Part shown: positions 1-9,028 of the stretch, piece after piece | Layout of the letters: the number at the start of each line of letters is the position of its first letter | How positions within the stretch are numbered: position 1 is the stretch's first letter | Origin: a bacterium | Lineage (GTDB): Bacteria > Methylomirabilota > Methylomirabilia > CAVQYV01 | DNA: 29,765 bases | Direction of reading: 5' to 3' | Assembly (NCBI GenBank): GCA_043800755.1 | Contig: JAZDMQ010000037.1 | Span: 1-29,765 of the forward strand | Made by a program: the position numbers and the translations under genes | Notes under the pieces: model-generated | What the model was told of the DNA's origin: nothing | Databases searched by the model: none | What the model saw: the letters and a program-made list of their open reading frames with translations, nothing else

Positions 1-65
1 AACCTCCAGAGATACTTGGATATCTCTGGACCCTTTGCTATTATTCAAAATTAACGGACTTTTTT

Positions 66-94
66 TGGATATCAAATCCTATTCTTCATGTCAA
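66..94 (-). promoter_or_regulatory. Candidate sigma70-type promoter for a gene left of the window
   Basis: TTGACA-17 nt-TATCCA on the minus strand in an AT-rich intergenic stretch. Confidence 0.35.
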
Positions 95-170
95 GCCCTT
101 TTTCAACATCGCAATCCTCGCTGAACTTCCTGCCCGTACCCATACGCGCCTGGGCGGTTCCCCGACCTGA

Positions 171-1349
171 TCAATCGGTAAAGCTGCCGCCGCGTCGGCG
201 GATTAGATCTACCAGCGCCGGCTTTCGCGCCAACACCGCCATGTCCCCCACTGTAAGCTGGCGTTTTTCCGTGAGGTAGCGTCGGCGGAGATCGGTGCCG
301 CCCTCGATCAAAACACGGGCGATGTCATCGTATCCCTTGATCAGCGCGTAGGCGAAGGGCGGAAGCTCGTCCTCCGGGGCATCCGGCGAGGCACCCTTGG
401 CGAGCAGCAGCTTCACCATCTCCAGATCTCCGGATTGGGTGGCCACCCGCAGGGGGGTCAGGTACATCTTGCTCTTGATGTTGACCTCTGCGCCAGCCTC
501 GATCAGCAGGCGCGCCAATTCCGGCCGGCCCGCCTCCAGTGCCAAAAGAAGCGGGTTCTGATCGTATTCGTTGGTGGCATGGATGCCCGAGCCTTTGGCG
601 ATCATCTCCCGGGCCTCGTCAAAGCGCTTCTGCTCCAGGGCCTGTATCAGGCGGCCACCGGCGCCAAAGCGCATCTGCCTCCAATAAGGTGCGAGCCCGC
701 CTATGAGGGACAGGAGGAACACCAGCGCCATGAGCCCCAGGACGCCCTTCAGGACCGAGCCAATGCGGAAGGGGCCCACCCTCAGGGATGCGAGCTCTTT
801 GTACTCTTCCTCTACCCTCGTGGCCAGCTTGACACCCGCCGCCGACTCCAGCGCCGGCGTGCCCACCTTCCATATCAACAACGGGATGAGGATGAAACAA
901 AGCCCCAGCACCAGGATAGCCATATCCCGCCCATACAGGGAGTAGAATCCGGCCAGCCGCGGATCCCCATAAGGGGAGAGAAGGATCTCCACCTCTTCTC
1001 CCGCCTTGAAAAGCTCGATGAGATGCACCTTGGGCTCGCGCACCTGCTGCATATGGCCATCCTGTGTGCGGTAGACGAACTCGGGATAGCTGGCCGTCAC
1101 CAGGACATCCTCAAACACCGTTTGAAAAACCCCTCCGAGGCTCCTCTCTTTGTGGAACTCCTGGTGGTAGCCGACGAAGGTAGCCTTTGCCCGTGCCGGC
1201 GAAGTCTTCACGATGCTCGCGGTCCCCCAGATCTCCCAGGCACCGTAGAGTACGATGGGAATGCCGATGAGAATGAATAGGCCAAGAATGCCTTTGAGCA
1301 CCAGTGCCATGCGATGGAATGCCTTAGGTGTTTGCATGATGGACGACAA
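171..1349 (-). CDS. Membrane protein with DUF3592-like N-terminal region and C-terminal ankyrin repeats
   Basis: About three TM segments, then ankyrin motifs (NPLLLALEAG..ELARLLIEAGAEVN; TPLRVATQSGDLEMVKLLLAKGA). The start may be a few codons later (MQTPK). Confidence 0.8.
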   Translation of the reverse strand: MSSIMQTPKAFHRMALVLKGILGLFILIGIPIVLYGAWEIWGTASIVKTSPARAKATFVGYHQEFHKERSLGGVFQTVFEDVLVTASYPEFVYRTQDGHMQQVREPKVHLIELFKAGEEVEILLSPYGDPRLAGFYSLYGRDMAILVLGLCFILIPLLIWKVGTPALESAAGVKLATRVEEEYKELASLRVGPFRIGSVLKGVLGLMALVFLLSLIGGLAPYWRQMRFGAGGRLIQALEQKRFDEAREMIAKGSGIHATNEYDQNPLLLALEAGRPELARLLIEAGAEVNIKSKMYLTPLRVATQSGDLEMVKLLLAKGASPDAPEDELPPFAYALIKGYDDIARVLIEGGTDLRRRYLTEKRQLTVGDMAVLARKPALVDLIRRRGGSFTD

Positions 1350-1574
1350 CGAGTCCGGCAGATGAAGTATCTCAGAACCCCGATATTAAGCACAAAAGGC
1401 ACCGTGATCTTGGGGAGCCCCCCCGATCATCCGGTGCCTTTTCTTTCTGTGTCTGCGGAAACTGACCACAATCGCTTTACAATCTGAAAGGGTGGGAAGA
1501 CCCAATCCCCTAATGTCCCGCTCGCGGCCTGTCCTCCAAGGGGCGTTCATCCGATCGAGACCGCGAGCCTCCCC

Positions 1575-2297
1575 TCATGGCTCCGCGATCTTCGCCATGT
1601 CCAGATCCTTGATGATCCTGACCCCTCGTCTTTTCATCTCTTCCCAGGCTTGGGCGGAGGTCTCGGGCGCTACTCCCCTACAAAGACTCTCGACCACGAT
1701 CACCTTGTATCCATTGACAACGGCATCCAGGGCGGTGGCCCGAACACAGTAGTCGGTGGCAATCCCATAGACAACAACCTGGTGGATCCCTTGCTGGCGA
1801 AGGAGAGTGTCCATTTCCGTCTTTTGGCCGCCGTCATCCTGGAAGCCGGAGTAGCTATCGAACTGGGGATTCTGACCTTTCCTCACGATGTCCAGGAAGA
1901 GCCTTCGCTCCAACAGCACCTTGGCGTTCTCGGTCCCCTGCACACAGTGAGGGGGCCACAGAACCTGGGTTCTTCCGCCGATCGGAATCGCCTCGAAGGG
2001 CTTCTTGCCCGGATGATTGGTGTAGAAGGAGATGTGATTCGCAGGATGCCAGTCCTGAGTGGCGAAGACGGGGAAGCCGGCTTGGCTCAGGCGTCGCGTG
2101 GCCCCCTCCACCTCTTTCACGAAGGCCGCATCCGTTCCAGGCACAGCCAGCGATCCGTCCTTCCAGGTAGTGAAATCGCCCTGGACATCCACCACGAGAC
2201 CCGCGGGCTTGGCCTCTGCGAAGGGGATTGCCATGGGGCATAGGAGGAGGCCGGCTCCCGAAATCAAGGCCCATGCAAAACAAACAATAGGTTTCAT
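1575..2297 (-). CDS. pncA: Nicotinamidase/pyrazinamidase (isochorismatase family) with putative N-terminal signal peptide
   Basis: VVDVQGDF, TQDWHP.NH.SF, LWPPHCVQGT, RKG, YSGF and GIATDYCV motifs; AGGAG RBS before ATG 2297. Confidence 0.9.
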   Translation of the reverse strand: MKPIVCFAWALISGAGLLLCPMAIPFAEAKPAGLVVDVQGDFTTWKDGSLAVPGTDAAFVKEVEGATRRLSQAGFPVFATQDWHPANHISFYTNHPGKKPFEAIPIGGRTQVLWPPHCVQGTENAKVLLERRLFLDIVRKGQNPQFDSYSGFQDDGGQKTEMDTLLRQQGIHQVVVYGIATDYCVRATALDAVVNGYKVIVVESLCRGVAPETSAQAWEEMKRRGVRIIKDLDMAKIAEP

Positions 2298-2404
2298 CTT
2301 CGCCTCTCCTTTTCGAAGCGTTTTCCTGCTGTGAGCGATGTGTTGAAAGAACTATCAATCCCTGCGAGTAATGCTGGACTCCAAAGACCTTCTATCATAG
2401 CTGC

Positions 2405-2433
2405 TTTTTAATCCTTTTGGGGCAGCTTGTCAA
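2405..2433 (-). promoter_or_regulatory. Candidate promoter for pncA
   Basis: TTGACA-17 nt-TAAAAA. Confidence 0.45.
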
Positions 2434-2522
2434 TGGTCTTTTGGATTGCTCCGAATGGACAGGCTTGGCCGTTCCACTTACCGACGCGACTCTCCCCTTC
2501 CTCTTGGGGCACCGAAAACCAA

Positions 2523-2551
2523 TTGACAATAGGATGTCGGGGGAGTAAATA
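2523..2551 (+). promoter_or_regulatory. Candidate promoter (TTGACAA-N11-GGGAGTAAA type)
   Basis: TTGACA-17 nt-TAAATA, about 30 nt before the GTG at 2584. Confidence 0.55.
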
Positions 2552-2583
2552 GCATTTGGGGAGAGGAAGTTAGGGCAATAGGA

Positions 2584-2814
2584 GTGGCTGCTGTGAAAAA
2601 GCTGATCGGCATTGTGTTGATAATCATCGTGGCCGTCCTGTTGGTGTTCGCCTACCTGGAGCTGGGCAAGAAGACGGCTCAGGAGGGGAAGGCAGTGATG
2701 GATATACCGCGAGAATCTGTGGATAGGGCAAGACAATCCGCAGACGAGATGAACAAGAGAACAGAGCAGACCAACAAAGAAGTGAAGAAGATACTTGGGG
2801 ATGAGAAGGAGTAG
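2584..2814 (+). CDS. Small single-TM membrane-anchored hypothetical protein
   Basis: KK plus hydrophobic helix, then a charged helical tail; true start may be GTG 2593 after AGGAG. Confidence 0.7.
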   Translation: MAAVKKLIGIVLIIIVAVLLVFAYLELGKKTAQEGKAVMDIPRESVDRARQSADEMNKRTEQTNKEVKKILGDEKE

Positions 2815-2898
2815 GAGCCAGCCCCATATGGGCAGGGGAGCTTAGCGCCAGCCCTTTGCCGTTACAGGGTCGCTCGAATACCTGAGGAGGTTGGTTGG

Positions 2899-3213
2899 AT
2901 GGTGCTTAGGCGGAAACAACAACTGGGCGGGTTGTTTATCGCCCTGCTGGGGGCAGGGTTTACCGGATGGACCTGGTACACTGCGTTTTACGAGGGGTAT
3001 TTCTATCGCAAAGCAAGCATGATCTTTCCCGCTTTCTTCGTTCTCGGCCTGGGGATGATCTTCTTTCCCGGTTACAAGGAAGAAAGAATTGCCCGCGGCG
3101 AGGATATATCTTCAATGAAAAGCTGGCAACTGATCACCCCTCGCTGGTGGGTAATCCTGATCATCGCATTCGTTGCCGCAGGCGTGAATTACCTTCTGCT
3201 GTCATCCTTGTAG
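2899..3213 (+). CDS. Small three-TM hypothetical membrane protein, possibly cassette-derived
   Basis: GAGGAGG RBS, three hydrophobic segments, attC-like site 7 nt after the stop codon. Confidence 0.75.
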   Translation: MVLRRKQQLGGLFIALLGAGFTGWTWYTAFYEGYFYRKASMIFPAFFVLGLGMIFFPGYKEERIARGEDISSMKSWQLITPRWWVILIIAFVAAGVNYLLLSSL

Positions 3214-3220
3214 CAATCGT

Positions 3221-3291
3221 GCCTAACCGGAATCGCCCCTGACTGGCTCGGTCGCTGGCTCTCCCTCGCAGGTGAAGCCTTTGCGTTCGGC
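3221..3291 (+). mobile_element. Degenerate attC-like integron recombination site
   Basis: Starts GCCTAAC (RYYYAAC), ends GTTCGGC (near GTTRRRY), inner imperfect inverted pair CCCCTG/CAGGTG, 71 bp. Confidence 0.45.
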
Positions 3292-3332
3292 GAACCGCGA
3301 GAGCTGATCCCCCAATCCCTCCTCCTTATCCT

Positions 3333-4613
3333 TCATCTCCCACGGCCTGAAGAGTCAATGGATACGGGTGTAATGCCGAACGCATCACAGAGGGCCTCGA
3401 TCCCCTCGGCGTGATCCCCATAGATCAAGATGTGATGGTTCCCGCGGGCTTGCCTGATGAAGGCACGCGCGTCCGGAACTTTCACCCTCAGATTGGTGCG
3501 GCAGTAGTCCTCGCCGTAGCCGACCAGCTGGCCCTTGAGAAATACCAACTCGCGAAAGCCGTTATCGAACCGCGCGACCGTCACCGGGATTCCTACCTCC
3601 GGCTCATAGGCCGCGCAGGCCCCCATACCACGGCCGTGGTAATCCCGAAGCCGGTAGGGTTTTGGGGGTTGATCATAGCCTCCCATGCAGAAGGGGAGCA
3701 CACAGTGATTGATCCCGATGATATTTTCGTCCGGATTCGCGTAGATAATATTCCCCATGAACCCGGGACGATTGGCCAGCCTCTCCAGGAAGATCATCGT
3801 CATCAGCGCCGTGAGGTCTCCCTCGCAGGCCGCCGGGATCCCCTCGTCATTCAATCGGGCTAGGGCCAGGCAGGGCGTCCCTTGTATCTCTTCAACAAGA
3901 GGCAGACAGGTGATCGCAACGGCTCCCGCTCCATATTCGTCGAGGAGGCGCTTGATGGCCAGATAAAAGCGCGCGGATTTCATCAAATCCTGATCCGTCG
4001 GCTCCACAATCCGTTCTGCCTCCCCTTTCCACTCCTTGACCAGGGAGGACACCTGGGTCGTCTCGGCCGCTTCGTAGTGCTGGAGGTATCTGGCGCGGTC
4101 ACAAAACAGGATCTGGACGCCCAGGGCCCGTAAAGCCACCTTCGGATCCGGAGCGGCAGTCACCACATAGGGCGAATGGAATCGGGAGCCGATCTGTAAA
4201 GCACGGGTGTGCTCTATCCGGTGTTTGGCCGCCAGCAAGGCGAGCTGATCCCTCAGATCAGCCCGGCTCAGTGCAATGGAGGCCTTTACACCTCTGGATT
4301 TCCAGTAGCCTGCCGCTTCCAGCCGTCTGGGGGCAACAGCATAGTCGCCCCCGTAAAGCACCAGAGGCAATCCGAAATCCCCCAGCCGAAGGTAGAATCG
4401 AATGGGGATGGGACGAATATTCTCCGTGAGTTCGAGAATGGCGTCCACCCCCTCCAGGCCCTCCTGAAAAGCGGGAAGATCCTCCCAAGTGCTGAGAAAG
4501 GCCTCCGGTAGAAGCTCCACCTGGGCGGGAATGGACTCTCTGATGCCCTCCAGGATGGCCCCGGCCCTCTCCTTCTCGGTCCCCAAGAAAAGGGGTCTCA
4601 CTTTCAAATTCAT
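3333..4613 (-). CDS. L-fucose/L-arabinose isomerase-like protein
   Basis: PCLALARLNDEGIPAACEGD, NHC, CRT and GNHHILIYGD motifs of the FucI/AraA C-terminal fold; GGGAGG RBS. Confidence 0.8.
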   Translation of the reverse strand: MNLKVRPLFLGTEKERAGAILEGIRESIPAQVELLPEAFLSTWEDLPAFQEGLEGVDAILELTENIRPIPIRFYLRLGDFGLPLVLYGGDYAVAPRRLEAAGYWKSRGVKASIALSRADLRDQLALLAAKHRIEHTRALQIGSRFHSPYVVTAAPDPKVALRALGVQILFCDRARYLQHYEAAETTQVSSLVKEWKGEAERIVEPTDQDLMKSARFYLAIKRLLDEYGAGAVAITCLPLVEEIQGTPCLALARLNDEGIPAACEGDLTALMTMIFLERLANRPGFMGNIIYANPDENIIGINHCVLPFCMGGYDQPPKPYRLRDYHGRGMGACAAYEPEVGIPVTVARFDNGFRELVFLKGQLVGYGEDYCRTNLRVKVPDARAFIRQARGNHHILIYGDHAEGIEALCDAFGITPVSIDSSGRGR

Positions 4614-4682
4614 AGCTTATCCTCCCTTCGTATAGGCAAAATCAGCCAGATTCCGGACCTCACCGCCTCAGGCCGGGCGGCC

Positions 4683-6131
4683 TCAGAAGGGCCGATCCTT
4701 GATGGTCCAGACGATGAAATAGACCAGAAGGAGCGTAGCCCAGATCAGGTTGATGGCCACCGACAGTCTCTTGGGTCGAATCTTCTCCGGCAGGAGTTTG
4801 CGATTCAGGGTGATCACCATGTAGGTCACAAAGACCTGGGCTGGCGTGGTCAGCCAGGCGGCGATCAGCCAGAGGACATAAGGGGTCTTCAGGAAGGTGC
4901 CGATCACCCCATAGGCGACCAGGGTTCCCAGGACGACGAAGTACCAATACCGGTAAGACTTCTTGCCGAAGGACTGCGGATACTCCAGGAAGAAGGCATC
5001 GGCCCCCATCCGCGCGATCCCATCGTAGATGGTGAACTGGGTGTCAAAGAGGGCGAAGATCAGGATGATCCCGAAGAAGATGTAGCCGAGCTGGCCGAAG
5101 GCGGACTTGAAGATCTCTGCCATGACGATGGCGATCTTCCATCCGGAGGGAAGTTCCATGTGATAGATGCTGCTCGCCGAATAGCCGGCCAGGCTAACGA
5201 AGAAGGTAAAGAAAACGCCCCCCAGAAGGATAAAGAAGACCACCAGGGTGAGGTTATTCAGCCTCAGCCATCCCTTGAACTTGGCCAGCTCCGAGGGATT
5301 CTCCGTATCGAAGATATACCCGGCCCTCCTGAGATCTTCCGGCTTATAGCCCAGGCCCGTGACCCGGGCCGCATACTTGCCCATGCCCATCCCTTTTTCC
5401 CGCACCCAATAGGTATGCCACAGATTGGTGAAGCCGCCCGCCGGCTGGAGAAGGAAGGGCCCGATCATGCCCAGCGTGATCCCGGCCGGAAAGGTACCCA
5501 CGCTCAGCCAGCCTTTGGCCGTCGCCGCCACGGCGGCTGGGGTGGCCATCTTCAACGCAAAAAAAGCCAGCCCGAGGTTGGCCACCACGAAGGAGGCATA
5601 CATAATGATTTCTAAGGTATTGTACACATACTTGCTGGCAGAAAAGACGATAAAGACAGCCACCAGGCCGGCCACGGACCAGGCCTGCCAGGTCCCGAAA
5701 CCAAAGGCGGCTGCGGCGCCTGCCGCCGCTCCGGTGATGAAGGCCGGCCAGGCTACGGTCAGCCAGCAGAAGATCGCGGATACCCAGATCCATAGCCTCC
5801 GGGGATGCAGGCGGGTGAACCCCTGGAGGACGGTCTCGCCGGTGGCCATGGTGTAACGGGCGATCTCCTGATTCAGGAATACCTGGCAGATGCTGGATAC
5901 CCAGTAGAGCCAGAAAATCCCCACAAACATTTTGGCCCCCATGAAGCCGGCGTGGTAGGCCTCGAAGCCCCCCACCCCGAAGGCCCCCAGAATCACTGCC
6001 GGCCCCGCCCACCGGAAGAGCCCTTTCAAAGAAATAGGAGGGGGCTCAGGAAGCTCCCTGACCTCCCAGGGGGGCTTGATATCCCCGGCCTTCACGGTGC
6101 GAACGGCGACGGCTCTTTCATGATCTGCCAT
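4683..6131 (-). CDS. Nramp-superfamily (YcsG-like) transporter, substrate unknown
   Basis: About 11 TM helices; GPAVILGAFGVGGFE and EIARYTMATGET motifs; no DPGN motif of true MntH. Confidence 0.75.
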   Translation of the reverse strand: MADHERAVAVRTVKAGDIKPPWEVRELPEPPPISLKGLFRWAGPAVILGAFGVGGFEAYHAGFMGAKMFVGIFWLYWVSSICQVFLNQEIARYTMATGETVLQGFTRLHPRRLWIWVSAIFCWLTVAWPAFITGAAAGAAAAFGFGTWQAWSVAGLVAVFIVFSASKYVYNTLEIIMYASFVVANLGLAFFALKMATPAAVAATAKGWLSVGTFPAGITLGMIGPFLLQPAGGFTNLWHTYWVREKGMGMGKYAARVTGLGYKPEDLRRAGYIFDTENPSELAKFKGWLRLNNLTLVVFFILLGGVFFTFFVSLAGYSASSIYHMELPSGWKIAIVMAEIFKSAFGQLGYIFFGIILIFALFDTQFTIYDGIARMGADAFFLEYPQSFGKKSYRYWYFVVLGTLVAYGVIGTFLKTPYVLWLIAAWLTTPAQVFVTYMVITLNRKLLPEKIRPKRLSVAINLIWATLLLVYFIVWTIKDRPF

Positions 6132-6418
6132 CTACTTTCTTCCTTTCTCCGATAGGACTTCACAGAAGAATCCACGAAAAAACCTGCGAGGCATTCCCTC
6201 CCCAAAGGGCAATTCACGAAAGACTCCTTTCAAGACAACCTGTCGAGCCATACTCCCTCGCATGGAAAGAGGCACCGTGGTCTGGGGATGTTAAGCTGAG
6301 GACCAATCGGTGCCCCCCCTTTCCAACCCCTGCTGGAGGGATGAGCAGCCACCCTGCTGCCGAGGGAAATGGATTCTTGCAGGGCCTTAGGTTCCCTCGC
6401 CCCTCCTTTCCGGGGCCT

Positions 6419-6447
6419 CTTTTACTCCCTTGGAATCCCATTGTCAA
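6419..6447 (-). promoter_or_regulatory. Candidate promoter for the transporter-isomerase unit (TTGACAA-N11-GGGAGTAAA type)
   Basis: TTGACA-17 nt-TAAAAG. Confidence 0.5.
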
Positions 6448-6473
6448 CTGCCTTTTCGCCGGTCAAAAAGATC

Positions 6474-6502
6474 TTGACGCGACCTTGGATTGCATCTAAT
6501 AA
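6474..6502 (+). promoter_or_regulatory. Candidate promoter for the ferritin-like gene
   Basis: TTGACG-17 nt-TAATAA. Confidence 0.45.
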
Positions 6503-6583
6503 TGTAGTCGCTAAAAGGGGAACGAACCCAGAAACCAAAAGGTTGCCAGAACCCTGAGGTTCCAGAGGAAAAGGGGAGCAAGG

Positions 6584-7105
6584 ATGAAGACCTATAAGTT
6601 AGAGGATATCTTTGGATTTGCAGTGGAGGTGGAGGAGCAAGGGCAGCGTTTCTACGAGGCAGCCTCTGCGGACGCCAAGACCGACGAGGAAAAGGACCTC
6701 TTCGCCTATCTGAGCAAGGCCGAGACGAAGCACGCGAAGAGGTTCCTCAAATTCCAGGCCTCCTACGCGCGCAAGGGTGGGGCCTTCACTGCTGATGCGC
6801 ATTTCAGCGCCCTCCTCGATACCCTCATGAGAGGGATGATCTTTCCGGACCGGGCGAAGCTCAGGGAGGCCATCGGCCAAAGGGATCGGAACCCCTTGCT
6901 CTCGCTGATCAGGATCGCGATGGAGGTGGAGGCGAATTCGGTTATGTTTTATCAGGAGATGAGCTCTCTGTTGGCGGAGGCAGAGGCCAAGGAGGCGCTC
7001 GCCAAGATCGTCAAGGAGGAGCAAGGGCACCTCATCAAGCTGAAGCAACGGAGGCTTGAAGTAGACCCGTACTACGCCGCGTTGAAGTACGGAAGCTGGT
7101 TTTAG
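6584..7105 (+). CDS. Rubrerythrin-like ferritin-superfamily diiron protein without rubredoxin domain
   Basis: Duplicated E..E....FY and E..H motifs (EVEEQGQRFY/AETKH; EVEANSVMFY/EEQGH); GGGGAG RBS. Confidence 0.85.
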   Translation: MKTYKLEDIFGFAVEVEEQGQRFYEAASADAKTDEEKDLFAYLSKAETKHAKRFLKFQASYARKGGAFTADAHFSALLDTLMRGMIFPDRAKLREAIGQRDRNPLLSLIRIAMEVEANSVMFYQEMSSLLAEAEAKEALAKIVKEEQGHLIKLKQRRLEVDPYYAALKYGSWF

Positions 7106-7165
7106 ATCCTGCTATTCCCAAAACCATCCTTTCTGAAACTCCCCTTTCGAAAGATCTGCAGAGGC

Positions 7166-7963
7166 TCAAACACCCTCCGAGGGCAGCAATCTGCGATAAG
7201 CAAACGCGAAGGCCAACATAGTGGCAGGGATCGTGGCGATCAGGCCAACCAGGAGACAGAGCGCCCCCAACAGATTGATCCCCGCCAGCAGCAGTCCAAA
7301 GAGGAACAGATCCCACTTGGCCCCTTGCGTGATCGCCTTGCTCCTTTGGAGGGCCTCCATCGGACCAAGATCCTCGTCAATAATGAAATAGCTGAAGAAC
7401 ATGTACTGGATCCCCCAGATAATCCCGGGGACGATGAGCAAGATTGTCCCTCCCAAAACAATGAGCCCGTAGAGGATCGAGCCGAGAAGGAATTTAAAAA
7501 ACAGGGGGAGGCAAGAAAAGAGATCAGAGATATGGCCCTTCTTGCCATCGCAAAAAGTCAGGGCAATTCGGATCAGGCCCATCTGGATCACCATATTCAA
7601 GAATACAGAGAAGAGACTGACCAAAAAATACAAGAGTGGAAAAACCTCTTTGCTCCATTGTGCGAAAATCGCCGGAACGAGATAGACCAATCCGACCACG
7701 ATCTGGAGGCCGATGAAGAAGCCGAGGTTGGATGCCATGGTATTCCATCCAAATCGAATCGCCTCACCCTTGGAAAACCCTCCTAACTGAGGCGGCGGCT
7801 GGGATGGGAGAGGCTCTGCTGGCCTGGTGGTCTGCGGCTGAGGCAGCTGGGTTGGCGGGCTGGGACGCCAGGTTGGGCCTCCCAGTGGGGCGCCGCAGGA
7901 TTTGCAGGTCGGATTGGGCATCTGCATCAAACCGCACTTGGGGCACTTCACACCTACGATCAT
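7166..7963 (-). CDS. DUF975-like integral membrane protein with N-terminal zinc ribbon
   Basis: CPKC..CKSC, Pro-rich linker, IVPGII..YFIID..ALQRS..T.G.KW motif; start reassigned to ATG 7963 (AGGAG RBS). Confidence 0.75.
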   Translation of the reverse strand: MIVGVKCPKCGLMQMPNPTCKSCGAPLGGPTWRPSPPTQLPQPQTTRPAEPLPSQPPPQLGGFSKGEAIRFGWNTMASNLGFFIGLQIVVGLVYLVPAIFAQWSKEVFPLLYFLVSLFSVFLNMVIQMGLIRIALTFCDGKKGHISDLFSCLPLFFKFLLGSILYGLIVLGGTILLIVPGIIWGIQYMFFSYFIIDEDLGPMEALQRSKAITQGAKWDLFLFGLLLAGINLLGALCLLVGLIATIPATMLAFAFAYRRLLPSEGV

Positions 7964-8132
7964 CGGCTCATCTCCTTCCTCCCCTCGCCTTCGGCCAGGG
8001 TCGCCCGGGCACGATTTCAATTAAAGGTCAGGGAAACTTGCCAGTCAACAAAAGGGACACTGCGATCTTCTCATGGCTGGTCTGTCCGGTGCCCATCTCT
8101 TTCCACCTCCAATCGTATGGGGGAGCCGCCCC

Positions 8133-8939
8133 TCACAATTCCACCACCCGTGCGCCTTTGGCCAGCTGCTCCGGCTGAAGGCTGTAGATCTGGTCGAATA
8201 GGGCCACCTTGAAGCTGGCCGGGCCCTCGGCCTTCTCGGCCGCCCGCTCCGCCGCCAGGCCGAAGCAGGCCAGGCCGGCGGCGGCAGCGATCAGAAAGTC
8301 GCGCTCCACCGCAGCGAAGGCCGCGGCCATGGTGGTCGCCATGCAGCCGGTGCCGGTAATCGTAGTCAGCCAAATATGGCCGTTGTCTACCCCCAGGATC
8401 CGCTTTCCGTCGGAGAGGAAATCCCGCTTTCCCCCGATGGCCACCACCGCCCCAGTCTCGCCGGCTAGGGACTTCGCCACCGCGGCCGGGTCTTCCACCC
8501 CTTGCACGCTCTCCACGCCCTTCACCAGTCCCCCGGCGCCGCTCAGCGCGCCGATCTCACCCGCATTCCCGCGCACGATAGCGATCTGAAGCTCTTCGAG
8601 CAGCCGCTGGCTCGTCTGGGTGCGAAAGGCGGTAGCGCCCGCGCCTACCGGATCGAGCACGATGGGGATCCCCGCCTCATTGGCCGCTCGGCCTGCGATC
8701 AGCATGGATTCGATCCACGGTGAGGTCAGGGTCCCGATGTTGAGTACCAGCGCCCCGGCCATCTGGGTCATCTGGACCACCTCCTCAGGGGCATGGGCCA
8801 TGACCGGGAGCGCCCCTACATGGAGGGTCACATTGGCCGTATCGTTCATCACCACGAAGTTGGTGATATGGTGGACCAGCGGCTTGCTCTGGCGGATGCG
8901 GGATAGGGCTTCAGCAATTTGATGGTTGATTTCGTTCAT
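8133..8939 (-). CDS. thiM: Hydroxyethylthiazole kinase
   Basis: PLVHHITNFV, LNIGT, LDPVGAGAT, RGNAGEI and ITGTGC motifs. Confidence 0.95.
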   Translation of the reverse strand: MNEINHQIAEALSRIRQSKPLVHHITNFVVMNDTANVTLHVGALPVMAHAPEEVVQMTQMAGALVLNIGTLTSPWIESMLIAGRAANEAGIPIVLDPVGAGATAFRTQTSQRLLEELQIAIVRGNAGEIGALSGAGGLVKGVESVQGVEDPAAVAKSLAGETGAVVAIGGKRDFLSDGKRILGVDNGHIWLTTITGTGCMATTMAAAFAAVERDFLIAAAAGLACFGLAAERAAEKAEGPASFKVALFDQIYSLQPEQLAKGARVVEL

Positions 8940-8999
8940 AGCTCATCCTTTCACCTCACGAGCCGACTTCGATCTCGGCGATCTCCAGTGGGCACCTGC

Positions 9000-9028
9000 C
9001 TTATACCAGGGGAAAAGTCATCACTCAA
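9000..9028 (-). promoter_or_regulatory. Candidate promoter for thiM
   Basis: TTGAGT-17 nt-TATAAG with TG extension. Confidence 0.45.

Noticed and set aside
4683..6131. Calling the transporter mntH
   Set aside because: It lacks the DPGN and MPH metal-binding motifs
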